From Trichoplax sp. H2 (Eukaryota), in the NCBI GenBank assembly GCA_003344405.1, contig NOWV01000108.1:186001-250000 (forward strand): a stretch of 64,000 nt of DNA. Reading direction: 5' to 3'. The translations under genes were made by a program, and so were the position numbers. Position 1 is the first letter of the stretch, and every line of letters begins with the position of its first letter. Positions 41,901 through 54,900 of the stretch are shown here, in pieces. Below the pieces are notes generated by a model. That model saw nothing but the letters and a program-made list of their open reading frames with translations. It was not told the DNA's origin and made no database searches.

Positions 41901-42523
41901 ATAATGTTTGGACTGCTCTACAGAATGTGAAAGATATCCTTTGTGGTCCATTAGGAATGAAAACTCTAGATCCTAAGTAATTTATCATACTTGCGTATGA
42001 TAAAATATTCATAATGAAATTGTATAGATAGATGATACGTATGCTATGTACCATACTTAATTAGTTCTGTATCATGACTGTCTTGTGTTTGCTATATTTT
42101 CTCTCTAGTGATTGGAATTATAATGGACATTATATGAATTGGTTAGAGTCTTATGATTACAAATCTGCAAAGGGCTTCAACTATCATCAAGGGCCGGTAA
42201 TTATTAATTTGTAAATATTGTTCTGATTAATTCTGTTTTACGATAAACATGGGTCTATCTGGTAGGAATGGGTTTGGTGCATGGGATATTTCCTTAGAGC
42301 TATGCTTAAGTTTGCTGGATTTGCCAATTGTTTGGAAGAGACTAAGCAATTTGTCAAAAGTTGTCTTGCAGAAATTGAGAAAGCGTTAGAGGGATCTGAT
42401 TGGAAGGGTTTACCAGAACTTACGAATAAAGATGGAGAATATTGCTCTGATAGTTGTCCAGTTCAAGCCTGGTCAGCAGCATGCTTACTGGATGTGTTAT
42501 ACGATCTGGAAAATACAAAATAA
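32912..42523 (+). CDS. AGL: Glycogen debranching enzyme (4-alpha-glucanotransferase / amylo-1,6-glucosidase), multi-exon
   Basis: Motifs [99 protein letters not shown]...SCPVQAWS; stop at 42523. The first coding exon is uncertain; a phase-compatible candidate is 30941-30971 (MEAFISLEVP). Confidence 0.96.
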
Positions 42524-43672
42524 TAGGATATTATTTACAAATTTTCTGTTACAATAATTCCAGCATTTTATGAATTTTAATTTAGTTTTTATTCATGGCA
42601 TATTTAGCTTATTTGCAAATTTTTACTTAAAATTATGAATAATTTCTGTCTCTTATTTCATAACTTGTAATGATGAGGCCTATTTCAATATTGATCAATT
42701 GAAAGTTAATTAATGACGGAGCAAATGGTTAGAACTTTACGCGACACTTTTGAATGAAACGTTGTTTAAAAGTAATAAACCTAAATGCTTGGAGAAATTT
42801 CATAAACTACGCTTATGTATTGATTCACCATTGTTTTTGTTTGAATAGGCTATACATATGGATTGTATTTCCTTTAACTGATGTAAATATTGAATAGGCA
42901 AGAATATTATCAAAGTCTACGTATGGATTAAAAAAATTTATTTAATAGCTTCTTTTAAATGAAAATTTAGCGTGTCCCCATATTACATTTTTAATATTTT
43001 AATTTTAGACATAAAGGATATTTCCAATATGTTGACTAAAAGTAGGATAGCTGATATCATAAGAATATCTTTGAACAAATACCTTGCTTTATAGTTGTAT
43101 TAAAAACTTTTATTACATCATTGACATTCAAAAGGTATACTAGTATACGCGTATGTCAGTTTACATTGTAAATGAGAAAAAGTGGGGCAGGTGATATTTA
43201 TACGAGGGTAATATTTTCCAGCCTTTGACTTTTTTGATATATTAAAGCAGCGGTATATATGAAATATCATACTGTACATACATGATAAAACGTTCATAGC
43301 GTAGTCATTATTACAAACTGAAGTTGTGGCAATCTCGATGACTTGAATACTGTGCATAGTCACATATATTACTAGAATAAATAATTGAATACCAGTCATT
43401 GGAGTATGTTACTGATCCTACCGCAGAAGTATAACATTACATTTTAGCAAAACAAATCTAGTTATTATCATTATTAACTCTAACTGGTGCAGCTAAACTA
43501 TCGAAATGAAGTTTCAACGTATTTTAAATAGTTAGATAACATGTAACGAAAATCAAATTAAACGAACTTTTGTAAAACACGGTATACGCATATAGTAGTC
43601 CGATGTGAAAAAAACGACTTGGTATTTTTATGATTGCCTAAAATTTTTTACAGATAATTTTTTATATTAGAA

Positions 43673-45169
43673 CTAGGCTGGCCAGTAAGTAACAGCCCCA
43701 TAACTCATTATGATTGTCGTAATTAGAGAAGATACAAAATTCACTGCATGATTGTTTAAAATAGCATAGCCTGAAATATGCAATGAGTTTTCAGTACGAT
43801 AATGAAGAACTTTTTTCGATTCTTTACAATAACCGGAGTACTGAACGCTAGCTCCTAAATATGAATCTATCATAGAACCAAGAAAGCCCGCAAGTGCTCC
43901 GCATACAATTATTGGCCATTGAGGTGGTTGTTTATCCCATGCATTATCGGTTCGATCGCAACACCAGTATATGGATAAGTAATACGATAATCCAATAACT
44001 AGTCCACCGGCAATACTACTAATGGTTCCAATAATTGAAATGCCGCCATTGGTACCAACAGGAACAGGCTGAAGCGTTGTGATCAGGCGCGGTGTTCGAC
44101 TCCCGATAGCAGATCCAATTTCCGAAGCCCAAGTATCTCCAGCGCAGCAAGCTAACGATGTGACCACACTAACTGCTAATAATGATGGGTTATAGTACTT
44201 GAATCTCATGAAATTGATGGGAAGTATTCCGGAACCGATTGTCATCACATAGATTATAGCTGCAACGCATGGAATTCCACCATTACAGAGTACTTGCACC
44301 CAGTTGCGTTGTCCGCCTAGGTGTGTAACAATTGGGAGGATAACATAGTAGGGTTAATATTTTTTGGTTTTCAAAGCAATCGCCAGTAGTATAGTCTAAC
44401 ATCAAGTCCTTGTTTCTACAATTTTAAGCTAGAAAGTACATTATAGTGCTGCATCCTAACTATAAATTAAGTCCTTGATTAGATAAGGACTACGCTATTA
44501 GAGATGTGCGTGTTGTTATTTTTATCTTAACGATGATGATGTTGCAGTAGTGCTAGTACACTATGTAATGAAAGATTGAAAAGTAGCTGTTGCTACGGGG
44601 CTGATACTCAGGTTAACATCTGTAAAGGAACTTTATAATAGATAAACAGTACAAAAGAAATCCTACTGTAACACTAACAGTTAATTATTTTCAAGTTCTT
44701 TGTTTTTCTATATATGTAATTACATTAGGATACCTTCTTTAAAGTCGTCTTCAATACGACGCTTTATTTCAGACTTAAATTTCGTCAAGCTAGACGACGT
44801 GAAGAAAAATGTTATTAGTACAATAAAGAAACCAGTATTTGAAAGTGTCATACAGAAGCCAACAACGACAGCTGTGATGGATCCAGATAAATCTAACGAT
44901 TTTTTACGAAGACCTCGAATAGATATCGCAATCGATATTGCCGTAGCGAATGCAATACGAACAGTGGTTGGTGGCGGTAATATTGGTTCTAAACGATTGA
45001 TCGTTTGCTTATGAATATGTGAGATAAAATTTTGCACTAATTTGATTCCGGCGGCAAAAATGGGTAGAAGTCCTACGATAAGAAAAACGACAGCTACAAA
45101 AGAAGAGGCACGATTTGGAGTTGCAGCGTCTTGTTTGTTCTTGTTTACTTGTGATTTATTATCAGCCAT
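43673..45169 (-). CDS. TMEM19: Transmembrane protein 19 (DUF92 family), 2 exons
   Basis: Exons 45169-44734 and 44316-43673 join as DDFKEGGQRNWVQVLCNGG; motifs KKSLDLSG, AGDTWASEIG, GTNGGIS, GSMIDSYLGA, LNNHAVNF. Confidence 0.93.
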
Positions 45170-45811
45170 GATGAATTGATCAATTCAGATCGTTGGTAAT
45201 GCAGTAGTGATAGGCGAATACGGTAATGTGTTTTTAAGAAATCAACGATCTTATTACGTGTAGGATAATATTGAGCTCGACTTGAAAGCTCGCTGCGTTG
45301 ACAATCTGTAGTTCTCTCTTCTCTTGCTACAATTGATTGTACGAACTGTTACTCTTCTTCCAGTGGACAATAAAGTAATAATTCAAGTATTACTCCAAAG
45401 GTAATTTAGCTCTTGATGATAGTTGCCTTTTGCGAAGAAGAAAATTCCGATTGCAAATGCCTTTGATGATGGTCTGTACTATTACTAGTACATTATCAAA
45501 AGGAGGGTTAATCCATGATTTTAAAATCGACAGGTCACAGAAAGACAGATCGGACGTACAGTACCGGTATAATACAGGCAACAAATGCAGCCATAGTGAG
45601 GCTGATGACCTATCGTCCGTCCCATCTGTACCATACAGTACCTTTCGTACACGTACAGTACAGTACTGTAGCGCACTCACCAGTCGATAAATAGCGGTGT
45701 GTCTAAGGAAATTTGCCTGATATTGTTGTTTTTAATGCCGACATTAGTTTAGGGTATCTACTTTACCTCTCTTTCTCTTTTTTTGAGTAATCCTTGCCTC
45801 TATATATCAAA
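45170..45811. promoter_or_regulatory. Probable bidirectional promoter region between TMEM19 and EXOSC3
   Basis: Head-to-head start codons about 640 bp apart; cluster of tacagta/tactgta motifs at about 45630-45670. Confidence 0.5.
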
Positions 45812-48088
45812 ATGCAGATGGTGGAAGGCCAGGTGGTATTACCTGGTGATCAATTCAATACTTTATCAGATGAAAAAGCTAAAGAACTACGCTTAGGACC
45901 CGGGTTAGCCTATCAAAATGATCAAATTGTAACCTTAAAGGCAGGCATTCTGCGCCATCGTTCACCCGAAACTTTTTGGATTGATACAAGCCAAAAACGG
46001 GTAATTTTATGTACTAGTAGTAAAAAGAAGTAAGACGTAAAAGAAGAATAATTCTTTAGTGTATTGCCATGTTGAATTCGATTTTATCGAATACAACTTG
46101 CAATGGATCATCCCATCAATAACTGGTGTCATACATGAACCTTACAATGGTAGATAGACATTGGCGGAAAACAAATGATATAAGCTTATAAATACGAGTA
46201 CATCGGAGAATGACTATTTTAGCTTATGGTAATGTTGAGTTCAATTATCTAATTGAGCTTGTAATGGATTGTGCCATCAAGAACGAATATCATGGATCTC
46301 TAGAATTACTGAGGCCACCTGAAAGAAATCATACACATAGGGAGAATTGATATTTTAGCACATTGTAATGCTCAATTCCATTTTACTTTATTGAACTCGT
46401 GCCATCACCAACAACTGGTGTCATGGACCTCTAGAATGGCAAAAATCACCTAAAAATTATTCGTAGACATAAGACAATTAGCATGCTGTAATATTGAATA
46501 CAAATTCACCTAATAGAACTTGTAATTAACTATTCCATCCAGCACGAGTATCATGGATCTCTAGAATGACCGGTCCATGCTAGTGCAACGTTGTGCTACA
46601 GCTTCATATTGCAACCTATTGCTATGCTAATTGATGAAACGTTCGTTAATTATCACCTCAATACATCATTTCTATAATTTTGCAGTATGTTCCTGTTCAA
46701 CAAGAGAAAGTCATTGGTATCGTAACTAATAAAAGTGGCGATAACTTTAGTGTCGACGTTGGTGCAAGTTCTCAGGCCATGCTGTCGTATTTGAGATTCG
46801 AAGGTGCAACCAAGAGAAATCGTCCCAATGTTGAGGTTATCAATTATAATTAATGACATAGTACAGTACTGGATATGGATAATTTTAGCTACAGATAGCT
46901 GATTAAACTGTTGTGATGTACGTGCTAGAGAGAAATAGATGATGACACTTGCCACGTATAATGGTGAATTATTAAAGTAGTATACTGTAACGATGCTCCA
47001 TAATTTCTTTATCGAAAGCTAGAATTGGTGAATACGACAAATAGATGCTTTGATTATATTCTACTCTACTGTCGCATTACATACATCATACTTATATTGT
47101 AGTTCGCCTATATACTCTTGTCGCTCGTAAATAAATTTTATAGTGAGCTAGAATCTGCAGTGCCCTATTAAATTAAAGCAGTCCACTTTAATGGATTCGA
47201 GGACTACTTGGCTTGGGTAAATTATAAGTACCTTCGAAAGTCAAATATCTCTTTACTCAAAGAATAAATATTGTTTCGTATTTGTGTAGTCAAGAAATAG
47301 GCCTCACTTAGGGCATTCATCACCTCTATCAGTTATATGCTGTACATTGCCATTAAAGCGCTAATGGGAATAGATTAAGATTTGTAAGGTAGTCAATGTT
47401 GTGCTCATGATGCCGTATGCAATCATCGCTTTTAGATTGGAGATTTAGTATTGGCCCGTTTTATACTTGCGGATAAAAACAAGGAACTAGAACTAAGTTG
47501 TATTGATAAAGGAGAGAAATGCAATGGATTAGGGAAATTAGAAAATGGCTTCATGTTCCAGTTACCACTCGAAAGTGTACGGAGGTATACGACATACAGA
47601 GAATAGACTACTATAATTGTAATTCTTTAGGCTGAGCTGATTATTGCATGGTTGACATTTAAATTATGTATTATTTTATGCTCAGTACTTGTATATTAGA
47701 CACTTGAATTTTATAGTTTACTTAGCTTTAGTAATTGGAGATAGGTTTAGCAAAGGAGTCGATAGCAAAATTCTATATTACATTGTTGGAGCTAGACAGT
47801 ATTTTAACATTCCTTGTAGAGTAGGCATTGACCATTTATGCATACTGTATTCTCTTTTGATAACGTTAAAGGCTAACCATGGGCAAGTCGGTTATTCAGT
47901 TACTGGGTGAAAAAATTTCGTTCGAAGTAGCGATAGGAATGAATGGAAGAATATGGTTGGATTCACCGTCCACAATATTAACCATCAATATTGTAAACTT
48001 TATACGTAGTTGTCAGTATCTTACGGGAGAACAAATTGAGAAGAATCTGAAAAAATTTATTAAAAATTTACCAAGCTTGGCGGACTAA
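45812..48088 (+). CDS. EXOSC3: Exosome complex component RRP40, 4 exons
   Basis: Exons about 45812-46000 (VVLPGD...LGPGL...KAGILR...WIDTSQKR), 46686-46836 (YVP...[12 protein letters not shown]), 47436-47584, and 47871-48088 ([12 protein letters not shown]). Confidence 0.93.
46090..46575. repeat. Degenerate alternating tandem repeat in EXOSC3 intron 1
   Basis: Four related units ('ccatc...actggtgtcat' or 'ccatc...gagtatcatggatctctagaat') at about 46098, 46259, 46395 and 46520. Confidence 0.6.
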
Positions 48089-49661
48089 ATAATGTTGGAC
48101 GAAAATCTTGTAAAGTTTTTCCGCCTAATCAGTATTTATATGTTCGTGAATAGAACGTTTGCAATTCAGGCGAATTTGGAAGTGCAGTAAGAAGAATTGT
48201 ACATTTGTGGCTGGAGATATTTGTTGTGCACGTGTAGTGACTGCCTGATCGCTATTAATCAAATCTTTACGCGTGATATTAATTGATATTATCTATCATC
48301 CTTTACTCGTTGTAATTTGTAAAGTGGATCTTGCATTTATAGTGTGATATACTGATAAATTCTATGATTAAAATATCGATGTGGAGTTCTGTATAATTAC
48401 AGCAAAGTCCAAAAATTAGGGGCTTTAATAAATAGATCACTTTGAAAATCGTATTACATTCAAAATCCATTCTTCGATGAAGGTGCACTTTAATGCTCTA
48501 TGATGGAGGGCACTTTTCTTTATAAGCATAGAATTTCGGTACGTGCATTGCCAATCTCTGCTTTGGGTGCATGACATTTGGTAGCGTTGAATATTGATCA
48601 AAAACTTTTCATGTGCTACCCAGTTTTAGAAGGCATTAAAACATTTATATATTATGCTCTGTATTATTTGGCGAATGTTGATTGTACTTTAAACTTTTTG
48701 TAGTGAAAATCACATTCGTTTATAAGATTGCCGTACAGACTTTGACAACGAAAATACTGTAGTCAGGTGTATGTTAATGTATACTCGTAAGACGTTCTTG
48801 TCTATTTATAACTTCATTATTGTAAACATAGCACAGTAGCACGAAGAAGAAGTGATATTTTCATTAAACATAGCAGGAATACTTGCACTTTTGTACTTCA
48901 CTAGCATTCAAGATATTGTCCATGAAAAGAGCTTTCGTTGACTGTACAATGTTTTCGAATGTGACGGCCATCATTTACGTCTACACGTACAGTGCAAGAA
49001 ATGCTCGACAACATCGTTTTTCCTTTCCCCATATACCGTAGATAGGAGAAAAAGGTTATGTTGTTGTATAGACATAAACCTATGGTGTTGAGCAAATTAT
49101 GCAGGGTTATTGGGGTACTAATTATGCTGGTTTTGATCTTTATGCGTGCAGTAAACAACCTAATACCGCTAGTACATCAAGACCGATTGTTCCTAAAATC
49201 AATCGCAGACAGCACCCCCATGTAGTATAACTAAAAATAGATATAGATTGCAGTTCTAGAGTTGGTTTCATCATCAAAATGGGTCAACTTATCAACGATA
49301 TTGATGCAGTGATCTTTGCCACGGAAGCGATTTCTTTTTCAAGGGTTAATTAACTAAGTAACGTATTTCGTTTTCAGAAGGGCTTCACGATCGATTACAT
49401 TTTTACGTTGCAATGCTGTACTTATAATAATCAGCTAATGTAAGGTCGTCTAATTTGAAAAATTTGACCCTGTCCAAATCGTGAAATGCATCTTTAACAT
49501 CATTGACTATATAATGTACAGTCGTCGTTTCATCAAAGATGCTTTATATTCTAATAGGTCAATGTGAAATTGTCTAATTTGGAAAGTTTGACGGCCTATA
49601 AATCATTGAGTATAGTAATATTGGACCCAGTTTAAGTAGGTTATCTGTATGCAGGACGACA

Positions 49662-50182
49662 CTCTTGACAAAAATGATTCTTAGATTAGCACTATTGAAT
49701 GCAGTCATCGTAGATCGATTTTTATCTTTATGCAGTTCTCGTGACAAAATGATTCCTAGACTAACACTATTGCAGTCATCATAGACCGATTTTTATCTTT
49801 ATGAAGTTCCCTTGACAAAATGATTCCTAGACTAACACTATTGAATGCAGTCATCATAGATCGATTTTTATCTTTATGCAGTTCTCTTGACAAAAATGAT
49901 TCTTAGATTAGCACTATTGAATGTAGTCATCATAGATCGATTTTTATCTTTATGCAGTTCTCTTGACAAAATGATTCCTAGACTAACACTATTGCAGTCA
50001 TCATAGACCGATTTTTATCTTTATGAAGTTCCCTTGACAAAATGATTCCTAGACTAACACTATTGAATGCAGTCATCATAGACCAATTTTTATCTTTATG
50101 AAGTTCTCTTGGCAAAAATGATTCCTAGACTAACTCTATTGAATACAGTAATAGATCCAATTTTTTTTTTATAATCTTTATG
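49662..50182. repeat. Minisatellite, 71-76 bp x ~7, organised as a 222-bp trimer
   Basis: Unit 'ctcttgacaaaatgattcctagactaacactattgaatgcagtcatcatagatcgatttttatctttatgcagtt'; variant order ABC-ABC with trimers starting at 49662 and 49884. Confidence 0.93.
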
Positions 50183-51916
50183 GAGTACTGTGACTTGTCA
50201 AAAATGATCCTTAATTAAATAACAGTAAGCAAGTACTGTAATTAGTACTTTCGACTGACAGTAGCACAAGAGTTCTGCAAAATCTCGTCAGCTTTGGTAC
50301 TCTTATCCTAAATGATTCTCAGATTGAACTTGAACACTAGTCCAAAATCATCGAGTTATACTATAGGTATACAGTCGATCAAAAATTGTTTTGTAAACAC
50401 TCTAGTCCATATTATAACATGACTAATATCGCATGAGCAAACAACATCGAAAGCAGTCTCTATCCAGACTATGAGTCAAAAATCATGGAGTTTTAGCAAT
50501 AAAGTAGATGAGAAATTTTGTTTTTCATACAAGTCCATGTTACAACACCCCCTCAAGTCGGCTGACAGAACAACGTCGAAGGCGTACCACTGGATTTTAA
50601 CGAGCTATCTCGTGTTCAAATAAAACCAGAAGCATCTACTGTACATGGTAGAGTAGATATACTAAGTGAATATTCATATTCCACCAGCAAAATAGCGATG
50701 AAAAATGGATCATTCATTGAGAATTTGGCTATGAAATTTCCAATCCATCAGCAATATTTTGGATTGGAAGCCATCTTTGGTTAATGCAATCCAGTACGTC
50801 TAGATAGCGTGACGCGCATTGACGCGACAGCCATCTTTCCGTTTGAGTCTACTGCGCGTCGCCTTGAAATGTTTTGAGGGGATTGTATTGCACCAATCAG
50901 GTGGTCAACAGGTCAATCCGCTGGCAGAAAATGCGATCCCTCTAATAATTACTAAACTGCACACTGTACAGTATGTAAATTGGACATTTGATCATTTCTT
51001 ATTGATTGTGGCGATCATTGGATGCATACAACGTGTACAGTAGTAGCTTGTCTAGCTAAAAACAAGCCCTACCACTTTCAACGTGTCCTGTAAAGTCATA
51101 CAGTCGATACAAGAAGTTGGAATGCAAGATCCAAGCGTCAAAACATGTCTTGACCTCGCTGCTTTGCAACAGATGACGCCGAGTGCGTAGCGTACACTCA
51201 GGGTGACGGGTGCACAAGTGAGTCCAACATGTTGACGCTGTGCACAGTAACACGTGTACTGTGCCGTGCCGTACTGCTACAACAATACTCGACGACATTC
51301 CTTGCCCAGCCATAAAACCACATGTTGGCGTTCACTGCTTGGATATTCAGCAAGGAAGGCGAAGAGAAGAAATCGCTTGGGATACTGCGCTAAAGAGTAG
51401 CTGAAAAAAAATCGCTGGTTGGTTCGATTTGTTCATCGAAACTAATGGATAATTATGTCTTCTAGTTGATTCATGATAGTCGTCGCTGTTAGCAAGAGGT
51501 TGAATATTGCCTGTGACATGATTTTACAGAACGATGGCATTGAACTCTGCTTTTTTTTTTTCATTGAAATGTTTTCTTAGATAGGGAAATTTTCTTAGAC
51601 ATTCAAAGACTCAAACGCTTGTGACAAGTGTCAAGGATTTGGTACGTTTAGATTCACTAGAATAGGAGGAATCTATCGTTGGTGGCAATATCATGTTGTA
51701 GTCATGGAAGGATTGTGCTTTTACATTTTAAACTAGTCACCTCAATGAATTCAAAAAGAATTTTAGTTATAGCTTTCTTGTTCAAATAAATAGCATGTGC
51801 CACGAGGTGTTTTTTTAGCTATAATCATGATGACTGTAGCCGTCTTAGTACTAATATTGAAATATCTTCATCTTTAGCCTAGTTTTATTCAAATTGCAAT
51901 TTTGGAATCGCTAAAA

Positions 51917-54900
51917 ATGGTAAGTTGTTGTGAAAAGTGCCATTTGATAAATAATTTGCAATCGTACGACTCAACGGTATCACTATGACGCATTTTTGTA
52001 TTGATGTCGGCCACTAAAACACTTGTAGTCTGATAGCGACGATAACTGGTTTAAGAGCGCCACGGATGTTCGACGGGATTCGCAATCAAAGCCTACACGC
52101 GCCCATTCAAGTGATGTATGAGAATGATCACTTTATTACTAACTTGGCTACTATAGAGCAACCGTTAAATTTGAATTAACCCATCAAAATAAAATAACGA
52201 ATAACAATTGTAGGAAGAAGATCAATTTAGCCGGAAGAGTTTTACCGATAGGAAAGACAGTCGGCGCCAATCTTCAGTAGGTAGCAATAACTAAATTTAG
52301 GATCAGGCTATTTCTTACTTACAGTGAGCTATTTTTGCATTAGGATGACGGCTTTGATTTTGGAGGAAAAAACTCTTTCGATCGTAGAGATCGATACGAT
52401 AAGGTATGCCGCTTTATGAAAGATTTTACATGTCATCATTTGTAAGCTATTTTATAATTTCGTAGAACAAGGACGATGGTGATAGCTTCGGCAATCGAAA
52501 ATGGTTGAAGCCACGTGATCAAGATCGGGTAAGCTCATATTTCTGCTCGACTTTTAGAAGTGCAGTTTGCGTAATTATTGCAACAATTGTAGTACCAAGT
52601 ACGGGATATTTTTTTGAAGAGTTATAACACGCAAATTGAATTTGTAATCGGTCATATACTTTCAAGGGCTATTCGGATAAAAGATCACATGCATCAAATG
52701 GATATGATCGAAGAAGAGATTTTGACGATCGTAATAGCAGAGACAAGCGAAGAGATAGTGAAGGTGATAGAAGCGGCAGAGACTTTAGTGATCGAAGTAG
52801 CAGAGACAAACGAAGAGATGATGATAGAAACGTGAGTCAATCTGACCTAAATAATTAATTAGTGTTCGCAGCACTATAACAATACACTGTAGATTTGTGT
52901 TGAGTATAGCACTTAAGCATAGCCTTTAAATCTCAATATATACAGTAGTGCTGTAGATAAGTGAATTTATTTCCCGTTTTGCGCAGTCTAGGACAACATT
53001 TGCATATTTGCGTTTCAATTAGCATAATCAGATAGAGCTAGAAACTTTTAGTGGGTTTGCATTGAAGTTTTCGCTCTCACAATGGGCATTGACCTTATGT
53101 GCGTGCTGTGGCTGCTATATTCTTATAGTATAATTGCCATAAATAGTCTCAATTTAGTTTCGTGATTTTAACGCGTATACAGTACTGTAAATGTATTTGC
53201 GAGCATTTGTAGTCACTGATAAATAACAATGAGGCATTAATTTTGTTCGTCTGATAAGTAAGATTATATATGTAGTTTTTGATAATTTAATTTAATGTAC
53301 AGTCATAAATTAATTATCCGTAAGTACCTATTGCTATATGCAAAGTGAAAAAGTGATGCAGTGTAGGATTTGCATTGGGAATTGCTTACGGGCTTACCCC
53401 CTAGTTAATCGTAGCAAGAACAGATTATGTGATTGTGATCTAAACTTATTATTAAATAGAATTATCGATGTTTGAAATAATGTTTTCATTGTCTTGTTCA
53501 TTTTACAATATTCTTTTAGAATGATAGAAGTAGAAGGTTCGATAATAACGATAGAGTGAGAAACGATCGCGACAAGGCAATATTAGAATTTGTGTTTATA
53601 GATGTGATATTGTTGCGTAACAGCTATATTATCTATCGTGTGCGATTAATTTCGTAGGACGACGGAAGCGATGACTTCTGGGGCGGAGACGACAAAATAC
53701 GAGATAAGCCTGTAATGATTTATGAAATCAACAGCAAGCTTTCATTTATAAATGATGTATGTACTATGAACTGTGCTATTCTCTATTACAGAAAGGGAGA
53801 TTTGATGAGTGTGATCGAGCGATTGCGGATCGAAATAGTCGTGATGATGATGACGACGATGACATGGTATTGTATATTTTGCGAAATGCAATCGTTTCCT
53901 ATCAGATATTGTGAGATGCTCGATGACTCATATTTTATTGCTTTATTGCATACAGTTTAACGGCAACGCAGATAGACGTAATAATGATCGTTACCGAAAT
54001 CGCGGTGATGGGGATTCTAATGTACGGATTAATAACTTTTCAATTTTACGCTAATAAACTAAGGTTTTGATTGCGAGTTACCATATATATATAATATATT
54101 AGAGTGACTCCGGCGAAAGAAATCGTAGAAGTAGTGACTCGAAATTGGGCTCGTTTCCTCCTAATCCGAAAGGTATTGGTAGAGGAATAAGAAGGGATGG
54201 TAAGTGGGCTTGATGTGGTATCAATCTTATTATATGGAGATGATAACACAGTTTTGTATTTAGATGATGACGGTGATAGACCACCTCCGGTTAACTACAT
54301 TCCTCCGCCACCATCTGGCGATCTTGAAAAGATATTTGCACCGATAACAGTTGGAGTGGACTTTGATAAATATGGAGATTTACCTGTGAAGGTGGTGAAT
54401 TCACGTTCGCCTGAAATTGTAGATTCATTTGATGAAATGGGAGAAAATTTAGATTTTCCTCCTGCGTTAATGAAGAATATAACGCGAGCTCATTATAAAA
54501 AGCCAACACCCGTACAACAATATGGAATTCCTATTGCATGCGAAACGAAAGATTTAATTGCCTGTGCTCAAACAGGATCCGGAAAGACGGTAACTATAAA
54601 GGAAAAAATGTCAATTGCTAACTAAGACTAACCGTTTAATTTGTTACTCTAGGCTGCTTTTATCCTACCGATAATCAATAGCTTATTGCACGCTAATAGC
54701 CGATCTCATGGAAGACTTTCTGCGCTAATTCTGGCGCCTACTCGAGAATTGGCTAGTCAATCTTTTATGGAAGCATACAAATTTTGTTACGAGACTCCCT
54801 TGAAACCAATTGCTGTTTATGGTGGGACTAACGTTAGAAATTCACGGGATGAAATGAACAACTGTGACATAGTAGTTGCAACGTTTGGTAGACTGATTCA

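Noticed and set aside
44317..44733. U12-type intron in TMEM19 (donor GTATCCTA)
   Set aside because: No CCTTAAC-like branch site near the acceptor, so it cannot be called minor-class without scoring.
45544..45558. 15-nt inverted match (gacagatcggacgta) to 29390-29404
   Set aside because: A few 15-mer matches are expected by chance in 64 kb on two strands, and the match does not extend.
48300..49400. Short ORFs between EXOSC3 and vasa
   Set aside because: No recognisable domain or consistent splice chain.
50400..50560. Copia-like polypurine tract plus LTR start on the minus strand (ttgaggggg-tgttg)
   Set aside because: No pol remnant, matching LTR end or target-site duplication could be found.
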